From: an uncultured Planctomycetota bacterium
Lineage (GTDB): Bacteria; Planctomycetota; Planctomycetia; Isosphaerales; Isosphaeraceae
Direction of reading: 5' to 3'
Length of the DNA: 64,000 nt
Assembly (NCBI GenBank): GCA_963823665.1
Contig: CAWGMQ010000005.1
Span: 544,001 to 608,000, forward strand
Part shown: in pieces, positions 1 through 10,609 of the stretch
Layout of the letters: each line of letters starts with the position of its first letter
Numbering within the stretch: position 1 is the first letter of the stretch
Notes under the pieces: generated by a model
What the model saw: the letters and a program-made list of their open reading frames with translations, nothing else
Told to the model about the DNA's origin: nothing
Database searches by the model: none
Program-made: the position numbers and the translations under genes

Positions 1-2209
1 TGGCGACGATTTCGGCAAAGTCGGGATACTTTGGGTCTCTGCTGTGAAATTCGTTGAGCCGCGCCGCTCGTTCCGTCTGAAGCAGCCCGCTCACTGCAAT
101 ATCGGCCGCGACGGTCGCCGCGGCGATCGGGTCGAAGAGCTTACCTGTCGCTTTCTCGAAGAGATCGGCGGTTCCCGAAGGTTGATCAAACGCACGCGGC
201 GGAATCAGCTCGAGGATTCGCGCGGGGAGAACCAGCGTCTCGGGTCGCAGCGTGCTGAGGACGGCCGAAAGCGCCTCGCGCTGGGCGTCGGCCGGCACGA
301 TGGCGACGACGGGTTCCGGGCTCGCCTTCCCATCGTCCTTCACCGAGTAAGAGTAGTTGACCCCGCCCACGGACTTGAGCGCCGCGACGAGCTGGTATCG
401 ATGGTGCAAATAGAGAGGCAGCAGCTTGGCTTCCAGATCCGCAAGCGGCGCACCCTCGGCGATCCTTCCCAGGCCGAACGACTCCAGCCCGATTCTGCGC
501 ACCTCCATTTCGTGGCGCAGCATGGCCGCGGGGTTGTCGCCGTTATCCCACAGGCTGGCAAGCGGGTGCGCCGCGCCCGCGGGCCTGGCGTCGGCGTCCG
601 ACACGAACAGCAGGCCGTCGGCAATTCCTTTGTGGACGATCGCGGCCAGCTCTTTCGCTTCGTCGGCACCGGGCGGAAAAGAGGCGTAAGCATATTTCGC
701 GGCGAAGCAGTCGTAAGCCCCGATCCCTTTGCTGTAGGCGTCAGAGAGGTCGAGCTTGCCGTTCTTGATCTTCACGAGAGGCGCGGGGTAGTCCATCACC
801 GAATTACGCCCCCGGGCGCTCGCGGCGAAGTTGTGTGCGAACCCGAGCGTGTGGCCCACCTCGTGTGCCGAGAGCTGGCGAATGCGTGCCAGAACCGTGT
901 CGCGAAGCGCGGAGTTGCCGTCAAGATCCCCCAGGTATTCCGGCCCCGGGATCGCACCGGCCGCACAGCCGTCCCTGCCGTCCCCGCCCGCGGTCAGGCC
1001 CGCGCCGATCAAGGCGAATTGCCGTCCACGAAGCGAGTCCAGGCTGACGCGCCCGTTGAGAATCTCACCCGTTCGAGGGTCGACGACCGTGTGCCCGTAC
1101 GACCAGCCACGGGTTGCTCGGTGCACCCACTGGATCATGTTGTAGCGAAGGTCCATCGCGTCGGCATCGGCGGGCAGCACTTCGACCCGGAAGGCGTTGG
1201 TGAATCCCGCCGCCTCGAACGCTGACTTCCACCACGAGGCCCCGTCGACGAGTGCCTGGCGAATCGGCTCGGGCGCACCCGGGTCAACGTAGTAAACAAT
1301 CGGTTCAACCGGGTCGGAAATCGCCGCACTCGGGTCCTTCTTGGTGAGCCGGTGCCGGACGATCCACTGCCGCTCGACGCGTTGATCAAACGGCGTGGCG
1401 AAGTCGTAGAAGTCAACGGTGCCCACGCCGACGCGGGGGTCGGCCTTGCGCGGCTTGAAGCGGCCGTCAAGCGGCGGCAGCGCCACCAGTGAATGCCTCA
1501 ATCGGACGGTCACCACCTGCCCCGATGCCGCGGTCTCCGCCACGAGTTTGCCCGCTTCCCCATCGGTGGCGAACGTCAGGAGCGCCTCGACCTCGGTATT
1601 CCTGGCGAAACCCTTTGTGCGCGAGGGATCGATCGAGCTGCGATTCTCGTCGAGCTTGTAAGTCCCTTGCTTGGACGCGCGAAGACGCTCGGCCACGCCG
1701 TGGGCGTCGTGGAGGAAGAACTCGGTGGCATCGACGAGAATCCGGCCATTCTCTTCCGCCTCGACCTTGAATCCAGCTTGCACTGAGCTCGCGAACGACT
1801 CTTCCACGGCTCTCCGCTCGGCCGGATTATCGCTCAGAGCCCGGTACTTGAGATTGCGCTCGATGAGCAAAACCTTCGGGCCGATCCGCCGAAAGAACAC
1901 GACCTTGCTATCGCCGAGCTGCCCGCGGTCCAGGCCCACCGGGTTCGATCCGAGCCCGGAGGCGAGCGCGATCTGATAGAGGAATTCCGAGTCGAGCCGC
2001 TCGACCTTCATGAAGAGTTTCCCCGCGCGTTCGTCCCAGTAGAGAGGGAAAAACCCGCCAATCTCGCGGAGCCCCTTGGTTTTTTCGGTGATCGTGACCG
2101 GAGGGCCCGATTTGTCCTGCTCGGGCGGTTTCGTGCCGGCCCCTGTTTGTGAGGAAGGATCGAATATGAAGTAGCTCAGGAGCGCGAGCGTCAGTGTGAG
2201 AACGGTCAT
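1..2209 (-). CDS. Secreted zinc-dependent metalloprotease (EcxA/DUF5117-DUF4953-like), 3' end runs off the window
   Basis: Not in the ORF track (no stop in window). Hand translation from ATG 2209: MTVLTLTLALLSYF...GFFPLYWDERAGKLF...GLGSNPVGLDRGQLG. The same frame gives RQLSAHEVGHTLGFAHNFAAS (HExxHxxGxxH) near 830-880. Confidence 0.88.
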   Translation of the reverse strand, partial: MTVLTLTLALLSYFIFDPSSQTGAGTKPPEQDKSGPPVTITEKTKGLREIGGFFPLYWDERAGKLFMKVERLDSEFLYQIALASGLGSNPVGLDRGQLGDSKVVFFRRIGPKVLLIERNLKYRALSDNPAERRAVEESFASSVQAGFKVEAEENGRILVDATEFFLHDAHGVAERLRASKQGTYKLDENRSSIDPSRTKGFARNTEVEALLTFATDGEAGKLVAETAASGQVVTVRLRHSLVALPPLDGRFKPRKADPRVGVGTVDFYDFATPFDQRVERQWIVRHRLTKKDPSAAISDPVEPIVYYVDPGAPEPIRQALVDGASWWKSAFEAAGFTNAFRVEVLPADADAMDLRYNMIQWVHRATRGWSYGHTVVDPRTGEILNGRVSLDSLRGRQFALIGAGLTAGGDGRDGCAAGAIPGPEYLGDLDGNSALRDTVLARIRQLSAHEVGHTLGFAHNFAASARGRNSVMDYPAPLVKIKNGKLDLSDAYSKGIGAYDCFAAKYAYASFPPGADEAKELAAIVHKGIADGLLFVSDADARPAGAAHPLASLWDNGDNPAAMLRHEMEVRRIGLESFGLGRIAEGAPLADLEAKLLPLYLHHRYQLVAALKSVGGVNYSYSVKDDGKASPEPVVAIVPADAQREALSAVLSTLRPETLVLPARILELIPPRAFDQPSGTADLFEKATGKLFDPIAAATVAADIAVSGLLQTERAARLNEFHSRDPKYPDFAEIVA

Positions 2210-2393
2210 GCAGTGATCTCCCCAAAGAGGAGATGCCGAAGGTCGGCGGCCATGGCAAGACTCCGTGGCGCGACATCGCCCCGACTCGACCCCGAGCGGC
2301 GCCGGCTTGGAGGGAAACGTCGCGTGGGGAAGATTATCCCATACACGTTCGGCCTGTGCACCCCGCCGATCCACTTTCTCGCCTCTGGCCCGT

Positions 2394-2418
2394 GGAAAAG
2401 GTGTCAGGAACCTTTTCC
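2394..2418. repeat. Palindrome GGAAAAGGT-N7-ACCTTTTCC (REP-like element or terminator)
   Basis: Perfect 9-bp arms, intergenic, just past the stop of the minus-strand ORF ending at 2421. Confidence 0.6.
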
Positions 2419-2420
2419 CA

Positions 2421-2760
2421 TCAATTGCCACGCCGCTCGAGCATCCGACGAGTCACGATCATCCGATCCGAAAACCGGAGCCGTTCCACATCATATAGTG
2501 TCGTCACCTGCGTCGGGCCCGCCGGGCCCCGGCGCCGCACCACCACAATCTCCGATCCGTCAGATGCCCGGTTCGCGGTCACAACGTATTGCGACCGCCG
2601 GCCCCGAAACACGGCTGTGTCTCGTCCGCCGTCACCGTGGATCGTGTTGATGAGCCCGTTCACGTCGATCGTGTCATTGCCCGCCGCTGCGCAAATGACG
2701 TTATTGGCGCTGGAGCGGCCCGGATCGTGTCGGCTTCCCCCCCGCCCCAGATCACCATGT
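2421..2760 (-). pseudogene. Fragment resembling the C-terminus of an RTX/hemolysin-type Ca-binding protein
   Basis: AAGNDTIDV, GDGGRDTAVF, TLYDVERLRFSD. Upstream MVIWGGGEADTIR lies in another frame (shift near 2710). Confidence 0.45.
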
Positions 2761-2817
2761 CGGGAATGAACTGCGGAGTCCCCAGTCCACGCAGCGTCTC
2801 TGACCGACAGCCCCAAT

Positions 2818-2844
2818 CATTGTCGCCCTTCGCTCCGCGAAGGG
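2818..2844 (-). repeat. 27-bp palindromic REP-like element, copy 1 (intergenic)
   Basis: CATTGTCGCCCTTCGCTCCGCGAAGGG is the exact reverse complement of 29010-29036; stem CCCTTCGC/GCGAAGGG. Confidence 0.85.
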
Positions 2845-2856
2845 GAGTGCGTCATT

Positions 2857-4383
2857 TCACCTCACACGCCACTCGCGCTGCCCAATGTCCAGAATGAACC
2901 CGGTCGTATTCGAGGAATGAACCTCTTCGCCCTGAACGAAATCGACAACCGTGCCGCCGGTGATGAGGATCTCTGCCGTGCCGATCGGCGTCGCTCGATG
3001 TCCGTAGATCCACCCGGGGCTCTTGCCGGTCGTCACTAATGGTTCCATCCGGAACGTGCGCGTATCGAGCCGATACACGGGCGTGACTCCATATCTTCGC
3101 GTGCCCTGATAGCCCACCGATCCAATCAAGTAAATCTGCTCTCCCATCAGCGTGGCCGTATGAAAATCCGTTGGCGGAAACACCGCCTCCGGATATCCGA
3201 AAATCGTCACACCTCCTGCGCCATCGTGTACGAATACGTCGTTGTAAATGCAAAATTCCGGGTCGTAGAAGTCTTCGTGCTCACCCGCGATTTGTACGAT
3301 CCGCCCGTCCGGTAAGAGCGTCAGAGATTGCCCGAACCGCTGAGCGCACCATACAGGGCCGTTTTCTCGGGCTGCGGATGCGCGCCCAGCTTCACACAAC
3401 GTCTTCGCTTCATACGGACTGATGCCGGAGCGAATCATTGCCGTCCAGAATGGAATCTCCATTCTCTCCGGATTGCACGTACCAAACCGCCGCGCCCGGC
3501 CTTTCCGAAACTCCCTCGCCGATACCTTCAGCAGCTCTGCGTCGGATTCCGGCGCGTACCCCACGATCGCGCGCCTGGCTTGGTCGGGCAGCTCGAGCGG
3601 ATCGGCCCCGGCGTCCAGCAGCAACAGGGCCATTTCTCGAGTACAGGCGCTGTTCAAAGCCGTCTGGAATTGAGCGCCCTCGTTCACCTCCGCGCCGGCG
3701 TCCAGTAGCAGCCGCGCGATTTCCACGCTGCCCGACTCCACTGCCGTTACCAGTGCCGTTCTTCCAAAATCATCCTTCTGGGTTATGTCGATGCCAATTC
3801 CCAGAAGCCACCTGAGCATCTCTGGTTCGCGATTGAGAATCCCGTAGAAGAACGCGGGCGTGCCGCACCGCCCCCGTGCATTCACCTCCGCGCCCGCCGC
3901 GCGAAGTTTCTCGGCCGTGTTGATATCCCCCGTTTGCACGGCGATGATCCACGCCGTTCTCTCCCAGTGGTCGCGCTCTTCCAGATCCGGTCCGCAAGCA
4001 ATCGCGCGCTCAACATCCTCGAGCGTACCGAAGGCAACAGCCTCGATCAGCGGCGTGAACGCGACGTCGGCGGGATCAGCATCCAGGTCAAGCAAGCTCC
4101 GGACCGCATCAAATCGGCCAAGACGTGACAGGACGCGAACTGCCGACTCGCCATAAGCCGACCTGCCGCGCGGCGATACCCCGTTTGCAATGAGAAGTTC
4201 CAGAAGCTCGATGAGTTTCGCATCGTGCAACACGTCCCGACCGTGCACGGCGTTGATGAGCGCGTCATATCCGTTTTCGTCGCAGTACAGGACATTCGCC
4301 CCTGCGGCGATGAGCGCCCTTACCTCAGCCGGGTCTCCCGCACCAAGTGCTCTCCGCAGCGACGTCTCTTGCTCTGACAACAA
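2857..4383 (-). CDS. Ankyrin-repeat protein with C-terminal kelch-like beta domain
   Basis: Ankyrin motifs (TPLIEAV, GRTALVTAVESGSVEIARLLLDAGAEVN), then RFGQSLTLLPDGRIVQIAGEHED...DFHTATL...GHRAT. Likely TTG start at 4380/4383 after GAGGGAG. Confidence 0.8.
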   Translation of the reverse strand: MLSEQETSLRRALGAGDPAEVRALIAAGANVLYCDENGYDALINAVHGRDVLHDAKLIELLELLIANGVSPRGRSAYGESAVRVLSRLGRFDAVRSLLDLDADPADVAFTPLIEAVAFGTLEDVERAIACGPDLEERDHWERTAWIIAVQTGDINTAEKLRAAGAEVNARGRCGTPAFFYGILNREPEMLRWLLGIGIDITQKDDFGRTALVTAVESGSVEIARLLLDAGAEVNEGAQFQTALNSACTREMALLLLDAGADPLELPDQARRAIVGYAPESDAELLKVSAREFRKGRARRFGTCNPERMEIPFWTAMIRSGISPYEAKTLCEAGRASAARENGPVWCAQRFGQSLTLLPDGRIVQIAGEHEDFYDPEFCIYNDVFVHDGAGGVTIFGYPEAVFPPTDFHTATLMGEQIYLIGSVGYQGTRRYGVTPVYRLDTRTFRMEPLVTTGKSPGWIYGHRATPIGTAEILITGGTVVDFVQGEEVHSSNTTGFILDIGQREWRVR

Positions 4384-4409
4384 TAGTCTCTCCCTCGTCC
4401 CCGTTTGCG

Positions 4410-6231
4410 CTACCGCGCCTTTGGCGCCGCCCCGGTCTTCAACCCCACCGGCCCCGTCGGCGTGAACGCCGCCCAGTAGAAAGGGTGCGCAGCACGGCCC
4501 GCCTCGCGGCGGGCTTTGATCACCGCTGGCTGCGCGAAATGAAGTGCGTCGCAATAGCTCCGTCCTGCGGCCAGCTCTTCCCAGGACCGAATCATCAAGT
4601 CCGCAGTTTCCTCATCCGGAACCTGCCAGAGTGAGGCGATCACCGTGCTCGCGCCCGCAAGCTGAAACGCCTCGCGCATACCCGCAATCCCCTCTCCTAG
4701 CCGCGGATCACCCAGCCCCGTCTCGCAGGCGCTCAGTACCACCAGCTCCGTCCCGCGGAGATCGATCCCCACCACCTCGAGGCCCGTGAGAATGCCGTCA
4801 TCGTCGTCGGGCGTCGCATTCAACAGCCGCTGATTCGCGCCGGCCAGCACCAGCCCGCAGCGCAAGAGCGGGTTCTCCATCGCTCGCGACCTCGGGCTTC
4901 CCGCTCGAGAGAATGCACTCGCTACGGCGCCAGGGCGCTGCGCTGGCGACTCCGGCCGCTGATCGGGCAGGAAAAAACCGTGCGTTGCCAGGAGCAGCAC
5001 GCGCTCCGAAAGCACAACCAGCAGCTTGCGAAGCTCGGCCTCAGCCTCGGCCTCACCCTTGCGCGTGATCTCCTCGGCGGAATTGCGCATCGCCTTCCGG
5101 TACTCCGATACCGCACGCTCGATCGCCTCGGCCGGGCCCAGATCGACGAGCCGAACTTCCCCCATCCCCTCCGGCGGAAAGACCCACGCGGCATAGCGTG
5201 CCGGCTGCCACCAGCTTACTTCTTTGCCGTGGTGGAAATTGAATACGCCGAACCGCGCGATCTCGACCAGCACGCTCTGGCGCTCGAGCGCCCGCTGAAT
5301 GATGCGGTCCGTCACCCAAGGGTCGTCTCGACTGCGAACGCCGCGAGCCTCCCTCAACCGCGCTGCCAGCTCCTGCTCTTGCCGGCTCAATGATTCGACG
5401 AGCGTCGCCCCGGCGGCGTTCTTGTCCGGCGCGGCCTCGTTCGAGGAGAGTGCCGCTTGCGCCAGCCGCGAACGAACGGCCTCGAGCTGGCGCACCGTCT
5501 CGACCATGTTCGAATCCCGGCTCTGCCGTGCCAGAAGCGTCCGTTCCGCCAGCGTCTGCTGTGCCCAAGCCCTTTCCGTTCAAGATCCAGTCGGCCGACC
5601 TCTGGACCGCACCGGAATCATTGCGCTGCTCGAGCCCGAGCGAATAGGCCGTCCAGAGCGACGCGCTGTCGATCTCCGCGAGGAAGATGAGCTGCTCGCG
5701 TTCCGACAACGCAAGCAGCACCTGCTGGATGTGGCCGCGAAAGCCTCGGCGAGCCCGGTCTTCGTTCTCGATCGCCTCGCGCGCCTCGGCCCGGACGTCT
5801 TCACCACGGGCAAGATAAAGCGCAGCAAGGTTGGTCAAGATCGCTGCGTACTCGAGGCTGGAAGTCCCGTAGGCAGCCTTCGTGATTTCGAGGGATTCGG
5901 CAGACAGTGGCTCCGCCTTGGCGTAGTCGCCGTGGCGCACGTAGAGCGAGCCGAGATTGCTCCGGCTGTCGACTGTCAGAAAGTTCTTCTTCCCCAGGAC
6001 TCGCTCCTTGATCCGCAATGCCAGAGCGAAGAGCTCTAGCTCGCGGAATTTCGCGCCCAGTGAAATCAGCTCCTGGCTGATCTGGGGAAGTGTTCGCGGC
6101 GCGGTTGCAGCCTTGGGCTGCGGCGTGGATTGTTTGGCCTGCTCCAGGGGCCCTTTGCCGCCCTCGCCACTGGCCTGCGCCGCCATCACCAGGCTCGCGA
6201 CCAAGCAAACTGTCCCGAACGGTGGCGGCAT
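4410..6231 (-). pseudogene. TPR + CHAT (caspase-like) domain protein, frameshifted (~5565) and apparently internally deleted
   Basis: Signal-like N-terminus and TPRs (SNLGSLYVRHGDYAKAEPL) in 5053..6231. CHAT motifs ATHGFF, VLSACETG, SLWQVPD, HPFYWAAF in 4410..5507. The CHAT N-terminal half appears absent at SERVL|LLATHG. Confidence 0.75.
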
Positions 6232-6234
6232 CGC

Positions 6235-7980
6235 TTATCTCCCGGATGCCGCTCCCAGCTTCGGTAGATCCAGGAGCGCCCAGTGAGGATATCCCAGAAT
6301 CTTGCTGAAGTGCCCCAGCGGCGGCCGGCGGCCATCCGGCTTCTGGTTGTACAGGATCGTGAGCTGCAGGTCGATCAAAATCGGATGTGCCGAAGCAAAG
6401 TAGCCGTGCCCGAGGAACGACGTGTTCACCTGGTCGGCATTGATGGTGTCGAGCCCATCGGCGAAGAAAGGCCCCAGGCCCACCGGCTTGTCCATATGCA
6501 GCGTACGCGACGCCAGCAGCGCGCGATCATACTGGCAGTAATAAAGCGTGGTCGAAGCGCTCTGACGAATAACCCCGGGCACAAGCGCGCTGAAGGTGGT
6601 AGCATCCACGTCCGGCGCCGCCAGCGCCACGTGCCCGAAGATCCGCCGCGCATCCCCCACGTTCTGCTCCAGCTCGAACTGCCGCGCCGCCTGGAGAAAC
6701 AGCCGGTTGCCCATGCTATGCACAATCGCGTGCACCTTGCGGCTCTTCTCCGAAGTACCAGCGGCGCGTGTAAGCTGCTTGAGCACTTCAACGAGCGCGC
6801 CGACGCTCCGGGCATTCTGAGTCTCGTCGTGCGCATAGCCGTCGAGCGCGCCCTGCGAAGGCCAGCTAAACGTCACACCCTTTCCGGCAAAGTTGAGGTC
6901 GTGCACAAGCTGAGCAGTCCGCAGGATCGCATCTTCAAGCGAAGTGTTGTAGCCGTGAACAAAAAGCAAGATGTCGTCTGCACCCAGCGTTTGAAGAAAG
7001 GCATCAAGCTCGAGCGTGGTGAAGGCCTCGATCAGAAAGTACTTTCTCGGGTCGCGGCTCTGCCACCAGTAGCTCGGCAGCTCGATCTCACCCCGCGTGT
7101 GGTGTTCGATGGGAATATTCACCAGGCACGACCCGTAGGTCACCTGCGCACCCGCTTCTGTCCCGAACCGCGTTGTTCCAACCGCCGCTGGCGCAGCCAC
7201 CGCGCGGTTGGTCGCGTAGAACATTAATCGCTTCGGCTTGCCCGTGGATTCGGCAAGGCTCGCCCACGGTTTCCCGTCGAGCGCCCGGGCGGACGACTCG
7301 ATTCCCGTTTCATCCGGCGGCGCATCCCCGCGAGTGTGCACGACTGGAGGCCTGGAAAACTCACCCGGTATCTCCACGTTCACGGCCCGCCTCTCATGGC
7401 GCACTTCCGTCACGTCCGTTTCAATCTCGACGTCCCGAGCGATGGGTTTCCCATCCTTGATCACATATGCCTTGCGCATCTCCCGCTTCGGCCGCACGGA
7501 ATCGATCTCGTCGCGCTGAACGGTTTTCGTCCGTGATCGCGTCGAGACGACCAGCGGCGACATGGGAGTGGCGCGGACAAAATCAACGCGCCCGTCGCGC
7601 ACCCCACGCAGCTCATACGCCAGCTCATAACGCCCGGGCGCCAGCTTGATGCTCGCAAACGGTACCACGAAGCGAGCGTCAAGCGCATTCCCGTCCTTGG
7701 ATCGCTCGAGTGTCAGCCGCGTCAACCAGTGGCCCTTTTCGTCGCGATGGCCTTCGTCACCGGCCACAACCGCGCTGACCTCGCCACCACCGCCTGCGCT
7801 TCTCACGAAAGCCCGCAGCTCAAGCGCAATTGAGTCCTCCCCCGGGAATAACAATACCGACACAGCGACCAGGTCGCCCGGCGGGTCGATTGACCCGTCG
7901 GCGATGAGCTCGAGCTTCAACAGCGTCGCCGCTCCCGCGGAGGTCTGAGTACCGAAGACCAGCGCCGCAGCGAGCAGCAT
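6235..7980 (-). CDS. Alpha/beta hydrolase, DUF900-like, with N-terminal extension
   Basis: FYATNR, LLFVHGYN, FSWPSQG, VHSMGNR, LAAPDVD, GHGYF. Start uncertain (MLLAAALVFG at 7980 is signal-like). Confidence 0.82.
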   Translation of the reverse strand: MLLAAALVFGTQTSAGAATLLKLELIADGSIDPPGDLVAVSVLLFPGEDSIALELRAFVRSAGGGGEVSAVVAGDEGHRDEKGHWLTRLTLERSKDGNALDARFVVPFASIKLAPGRYELAYELRGVRDGRVDFVRATPMSPLVVSTRSRTKTVQRDEIDSVRPKREMRKAYVIKDGKPIARDVEIETDVTEVRHERRAVNVEIPGEFSRPPVVHTRGDAPPDETGIESSARALDGKPWASLAESTGKPKRLMFYATNRAVAAPAAVGTTRFGTEAGAQVTYGSCLVNIPIEHHTRGEIELPSYWWQSRDPRKYFLIEAFTTLELDAFLQTLGADDILLFVHGYNTSLEDAILRTAQLVHDLNFAGKGVTFSWPSQGALDGYAHDETQNARSVGALVEVLKQLTRAAGTSEKSRKVHAIVHSMGNRLFLQAARQFELEQNVGDARRIFGHVALAAPDVDATTFSALVPGVIRQSASTTLYYCQYDRALLASRTLHMDKPVGLGPFFADGLDTINADQVNTSFLGHGYFASAHPILIDLQLTILYNQKPDGRRPPLGHFSKILGYPHWALLDLPKLGAASGR

Positions 7981-8230
7981 CCTCGTCGCGAAGACCACGC
8001 TTTTGGCCCAACCTGTACCGTAACGACTCGCACCCTCGTGAGCAAAACCACACCGACCACAATGACGGCCCAAACCAAACAAAGTCAAGTGCTGAGGCCC
8101 ATTGTCGCCCGCGCATGCGAGCTCTTCAACTGACCCTGCGAATCCTGACTCCCTTGCCAAAGCCCACTGCTCCAATTATTGTTGACGACATGTTGAACAT
8201 CGGGTTCCCTCCCGCCGGAGTCCCCCTCCG

Positions 8231-10609
8231 ATGACCCGACCAGATCGGAAGCTTGTGCGCAGGCCCACGACGCCCTTCTTGATCGCGATTGTGACCATCA
8301 CGATCTTCGCCAGCACGACGCGCGGCACAGACCCGCCTCGCAAAAGCACGGACGACGACGATCGCCAGTTCTGGTCCTTCCGCACGCTTCAAAAACCGCC
8401 GCTGCCGAAAATCACCGCCACGCACCGCGCCCGCACACCGATCGACCGCTTCCTTCTCGCGGCACTCGAGGCCAAAGGCCTCTCGTTCTCCCCCGACGCC
8501 CCCCGCCCTACTCTCGCCCGCCGCCTCTGCCTCGATTTGACCGGTATCCCTCCATCGCCTGACCTGGTCGACGCCTTCGAGAACGACAAATCACCAGGCG
8601 CCTACGAACGCCTCGTAGACCATCTGCTCGCCTCCCCGCAGTTCGGCGAGCGCGCCGGCCGCCACTGGCTCGACGTCGCCGGCTACGTCGACACCGTCGG
8701 CTTCGATACCGACGCAACCAACATCATCATGAGCGAAGGCAAGTGGCGCTACCGCGACTACGTCATCGCCGCGTTCAATCACGACAAGCCGTACGACCGC
8801 TTTATTACCGAGCAGCTCGCCGGCGATGAGCTCTTCGACTGGAGAAAAGCCGCGCACTGGACACCTGTTATGCGCGAAGCGCTGATCGCCACGGGTTATC
8901 TCCGCACCGCCCGCGACCTGACTCAGGAAGACGTCGGCGTGATCCCGCAAAACTTCTTCGGCATCCTCCACGACACGCTCGAAATCACCGGCACCGGCCT
9001 CCTCGGCCTGACGATCAACTGCGCCCGCTGCCACGATCACAAGTTCGACCCCATCACCCAGGACGACTATTATCGGATGATGGCCATCTTCGCGCCTGCT
9101 TACAACCCGCGGAAATGGCTTCCCGTCGTCCCCACCGAGACGAACAACAACGACCGCGGCCTTCCCGACGCTTCGCCCCCGGAGCTGGCCGCGATGAAGC
9201 AGGAAAACGCCGCACTTGAGCGAGAGCTCCAATCGCTCCACACTCAACTGAGCGACGTGCGGAAACCGTGCGAAGAGCGACTCTTCGCAGCCAGGCTCGC
9301 CACGTTGCCGCAGCCGATTCGCGACGACACCGCGGCCGCTGTGCGAACCGCGCCCGAGAAGCGCAACGAGGTCCAGAAATACCTGGCCGCGAAGTTCGCC
9401 GCCGCGCTCTCGGCCAAACCTGAGGAGATCACCGCATCCCTCCAGCCGGCTGAAAAAGCGGCTGCGGCCGCGCTGGAGGCCCGCATCCGCGCCACCGAAG
9501 CTCGTCGGCGAAAGTGGAGCAAGATCCAGGCTCTCTACGATGTCGGCCCGCCCCCGCCCACGCACTTGCTCCTGCGCGGCAACGAGCAGACACCCGGCCC
9601 GGAGATGTCCCCGGGATTTCTCAGCGTGCTCTGCGCGTCGGACGATGCGGCAATCGCCACACCGTCACCGCCATTCGAAGGAACCAGCGGCCGCCGCGCC
9701 GCGCTGGCCCGCTGGCTCACGCAGCCCGATTCGCCGTCGTCGGCATTGCTGGCTCGCGTGATGGTCAACCGCATCTGGACGCACCTCTTTGGTGAAGGCA
9801 TCGTTCCCACACAGGACAATTTCGGCATTCAAGGCCAGCCCCCAACGCACCCCGAGCTGCTCGAATGGCTCAGCTCCGAGCTGGTCGCAAATGGCTGGCG
9901 AATGAAACCTCTGATCCGATTGATGACCATCTCGACGGCCTACCGCCAGGCGTCTCGCCGCGGGCCGGAACAGGCGACAGCCGCGTCCGTGCCCGCCGAA
10001 TCGATCGATCCCGCCAACTCGCTGCTCTGGAGAATGCGCCTGCGCCGGATCGAAGCCGAAACGGTCCGCGACGCGATCCTGGCCACCAGCGGCGATCTGG
10101 ACCGGACCTGCGGCGGCCCGCCAGTCTTGATCAAGGCCCGTGCTGACGGAATGGTCACCGTCGCTCCGGGAGACCCGGCCCACCCCGCGCAGGCGTTCCG
10201 CCGCAGCATCTATCTCACCGCGCGCCGCGCTTACAACGTCTCGCTCTTGACCGTCTTCGATCAGCCGCTCGTCGCCACCAACTGCGTCCAGCGCAAGACT
10301 TCGGCACTGGCACTTCAATCCCTCTTCATGATCAATGACGCCTTCCTAGCCGAACAAGCGGATCACTTTGCGAGAAGAGTCGAGGGATCAGCGCGAGCCC
10401 ACGGCGTCGACACCGTCGAGCACGCATTCCGGCTGGCTCTCGCGCGGAAGCCGGCTCCGAGCGAGATTGCCGTCTGCCGCGATCTCTTGCAGAGTCAAGC
10501 CGCGCGGTTTCAATCGCGTGGAGATTCGCCAGCGGATTGCGCTCACCGCGCCCTCACGCAGCTTTGCCTGATTCTTTTCAATACCAGCGAGTTTCTCTTC
10601 GCCGAATGA
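8231..10609 (+). CDS. Planctomycete DUF1549/DUF1553 protein
   Basis: WSFR...PIDRF, GRHWLDVAGY, CARCHDHKFDP (CxxCH), VNRIWTHLFGEG, PTHPELL, RRSIY, NTSEFLF. Confidence 0.92.
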   Translation: MTRPDRKLVRRPTTPFLIAIVTITIFASTTRGTDPPRKSTDDDDRQFWSFRTLQKPPLPKITATHRARTPIDRFLLAALEAKGLSFSPDAPRPTLARRLCLDLTGIPPSPDLVDAFENDKSPGAYERLVDHLLASPQFGERAGRHWLDVAGYVDTVGFDTDATNIIMSEGKWRYRDYVIAAFNHDKPYDRFITEQLAGDELFDWRKAAHWTPVMREALIATGYLRTARDLTQEDVGVIPQNFFGILHDTLEITGTGLLGLTINCARCHDHKFDPITQDDYYRMMAIFAPAYNPRKWLPVVPTETNNNDRGLPDASPPELAAMKQENAALERELQSLHTQLSDVRKPCEERLFAARLATLPQPIRDDTAAAVRTAPEKRNEVQKYLAAKFAAALSAKPEEITASLQPAEKAAAAALEARIRATEARRRKWSKIQALYDVGPPPPTHLLLRGNEQTPGPEMSPGFLSVLCASDDAAIATPSPPFEGTSGRRAALARWLTQPDSPSSALLARVMVNRIWTHLFGEGIVPTQDNFGIQGQPPTHPELLEWLSSELVANGWRMKPLIRLMTISTAYRQASRRGPEQATAASVPAESIDPANSLLWRMRLRRIEAETVRDAILATSGDLDRTCGGPPVLIKARADGMVTVAPGDPAHPAQAFRRSIYLTARRAYNVSLLTVFDQPLVATNCVQRKTSALALQSLFMINDAFLAEQADHFARRVEGSARAHGVDTVEHAFRLALARKPAPSEIAVCRDLLQSQAARFQSRGDSPADCAHRALTQLCLILFNTSEFLFAE

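Noticed and set aside
44..1225. 393-aa plus-strand ORF
   Set aside because: Antisense shadow of the minus-strand metalloprotease, which carries the HExxH motif.
8100..8110. CATTGTCGCCC, matching the first 11 bp of the 27-bp element
   Set aside because: The hairpin part is absent; the match could be chance or a degraded copy.
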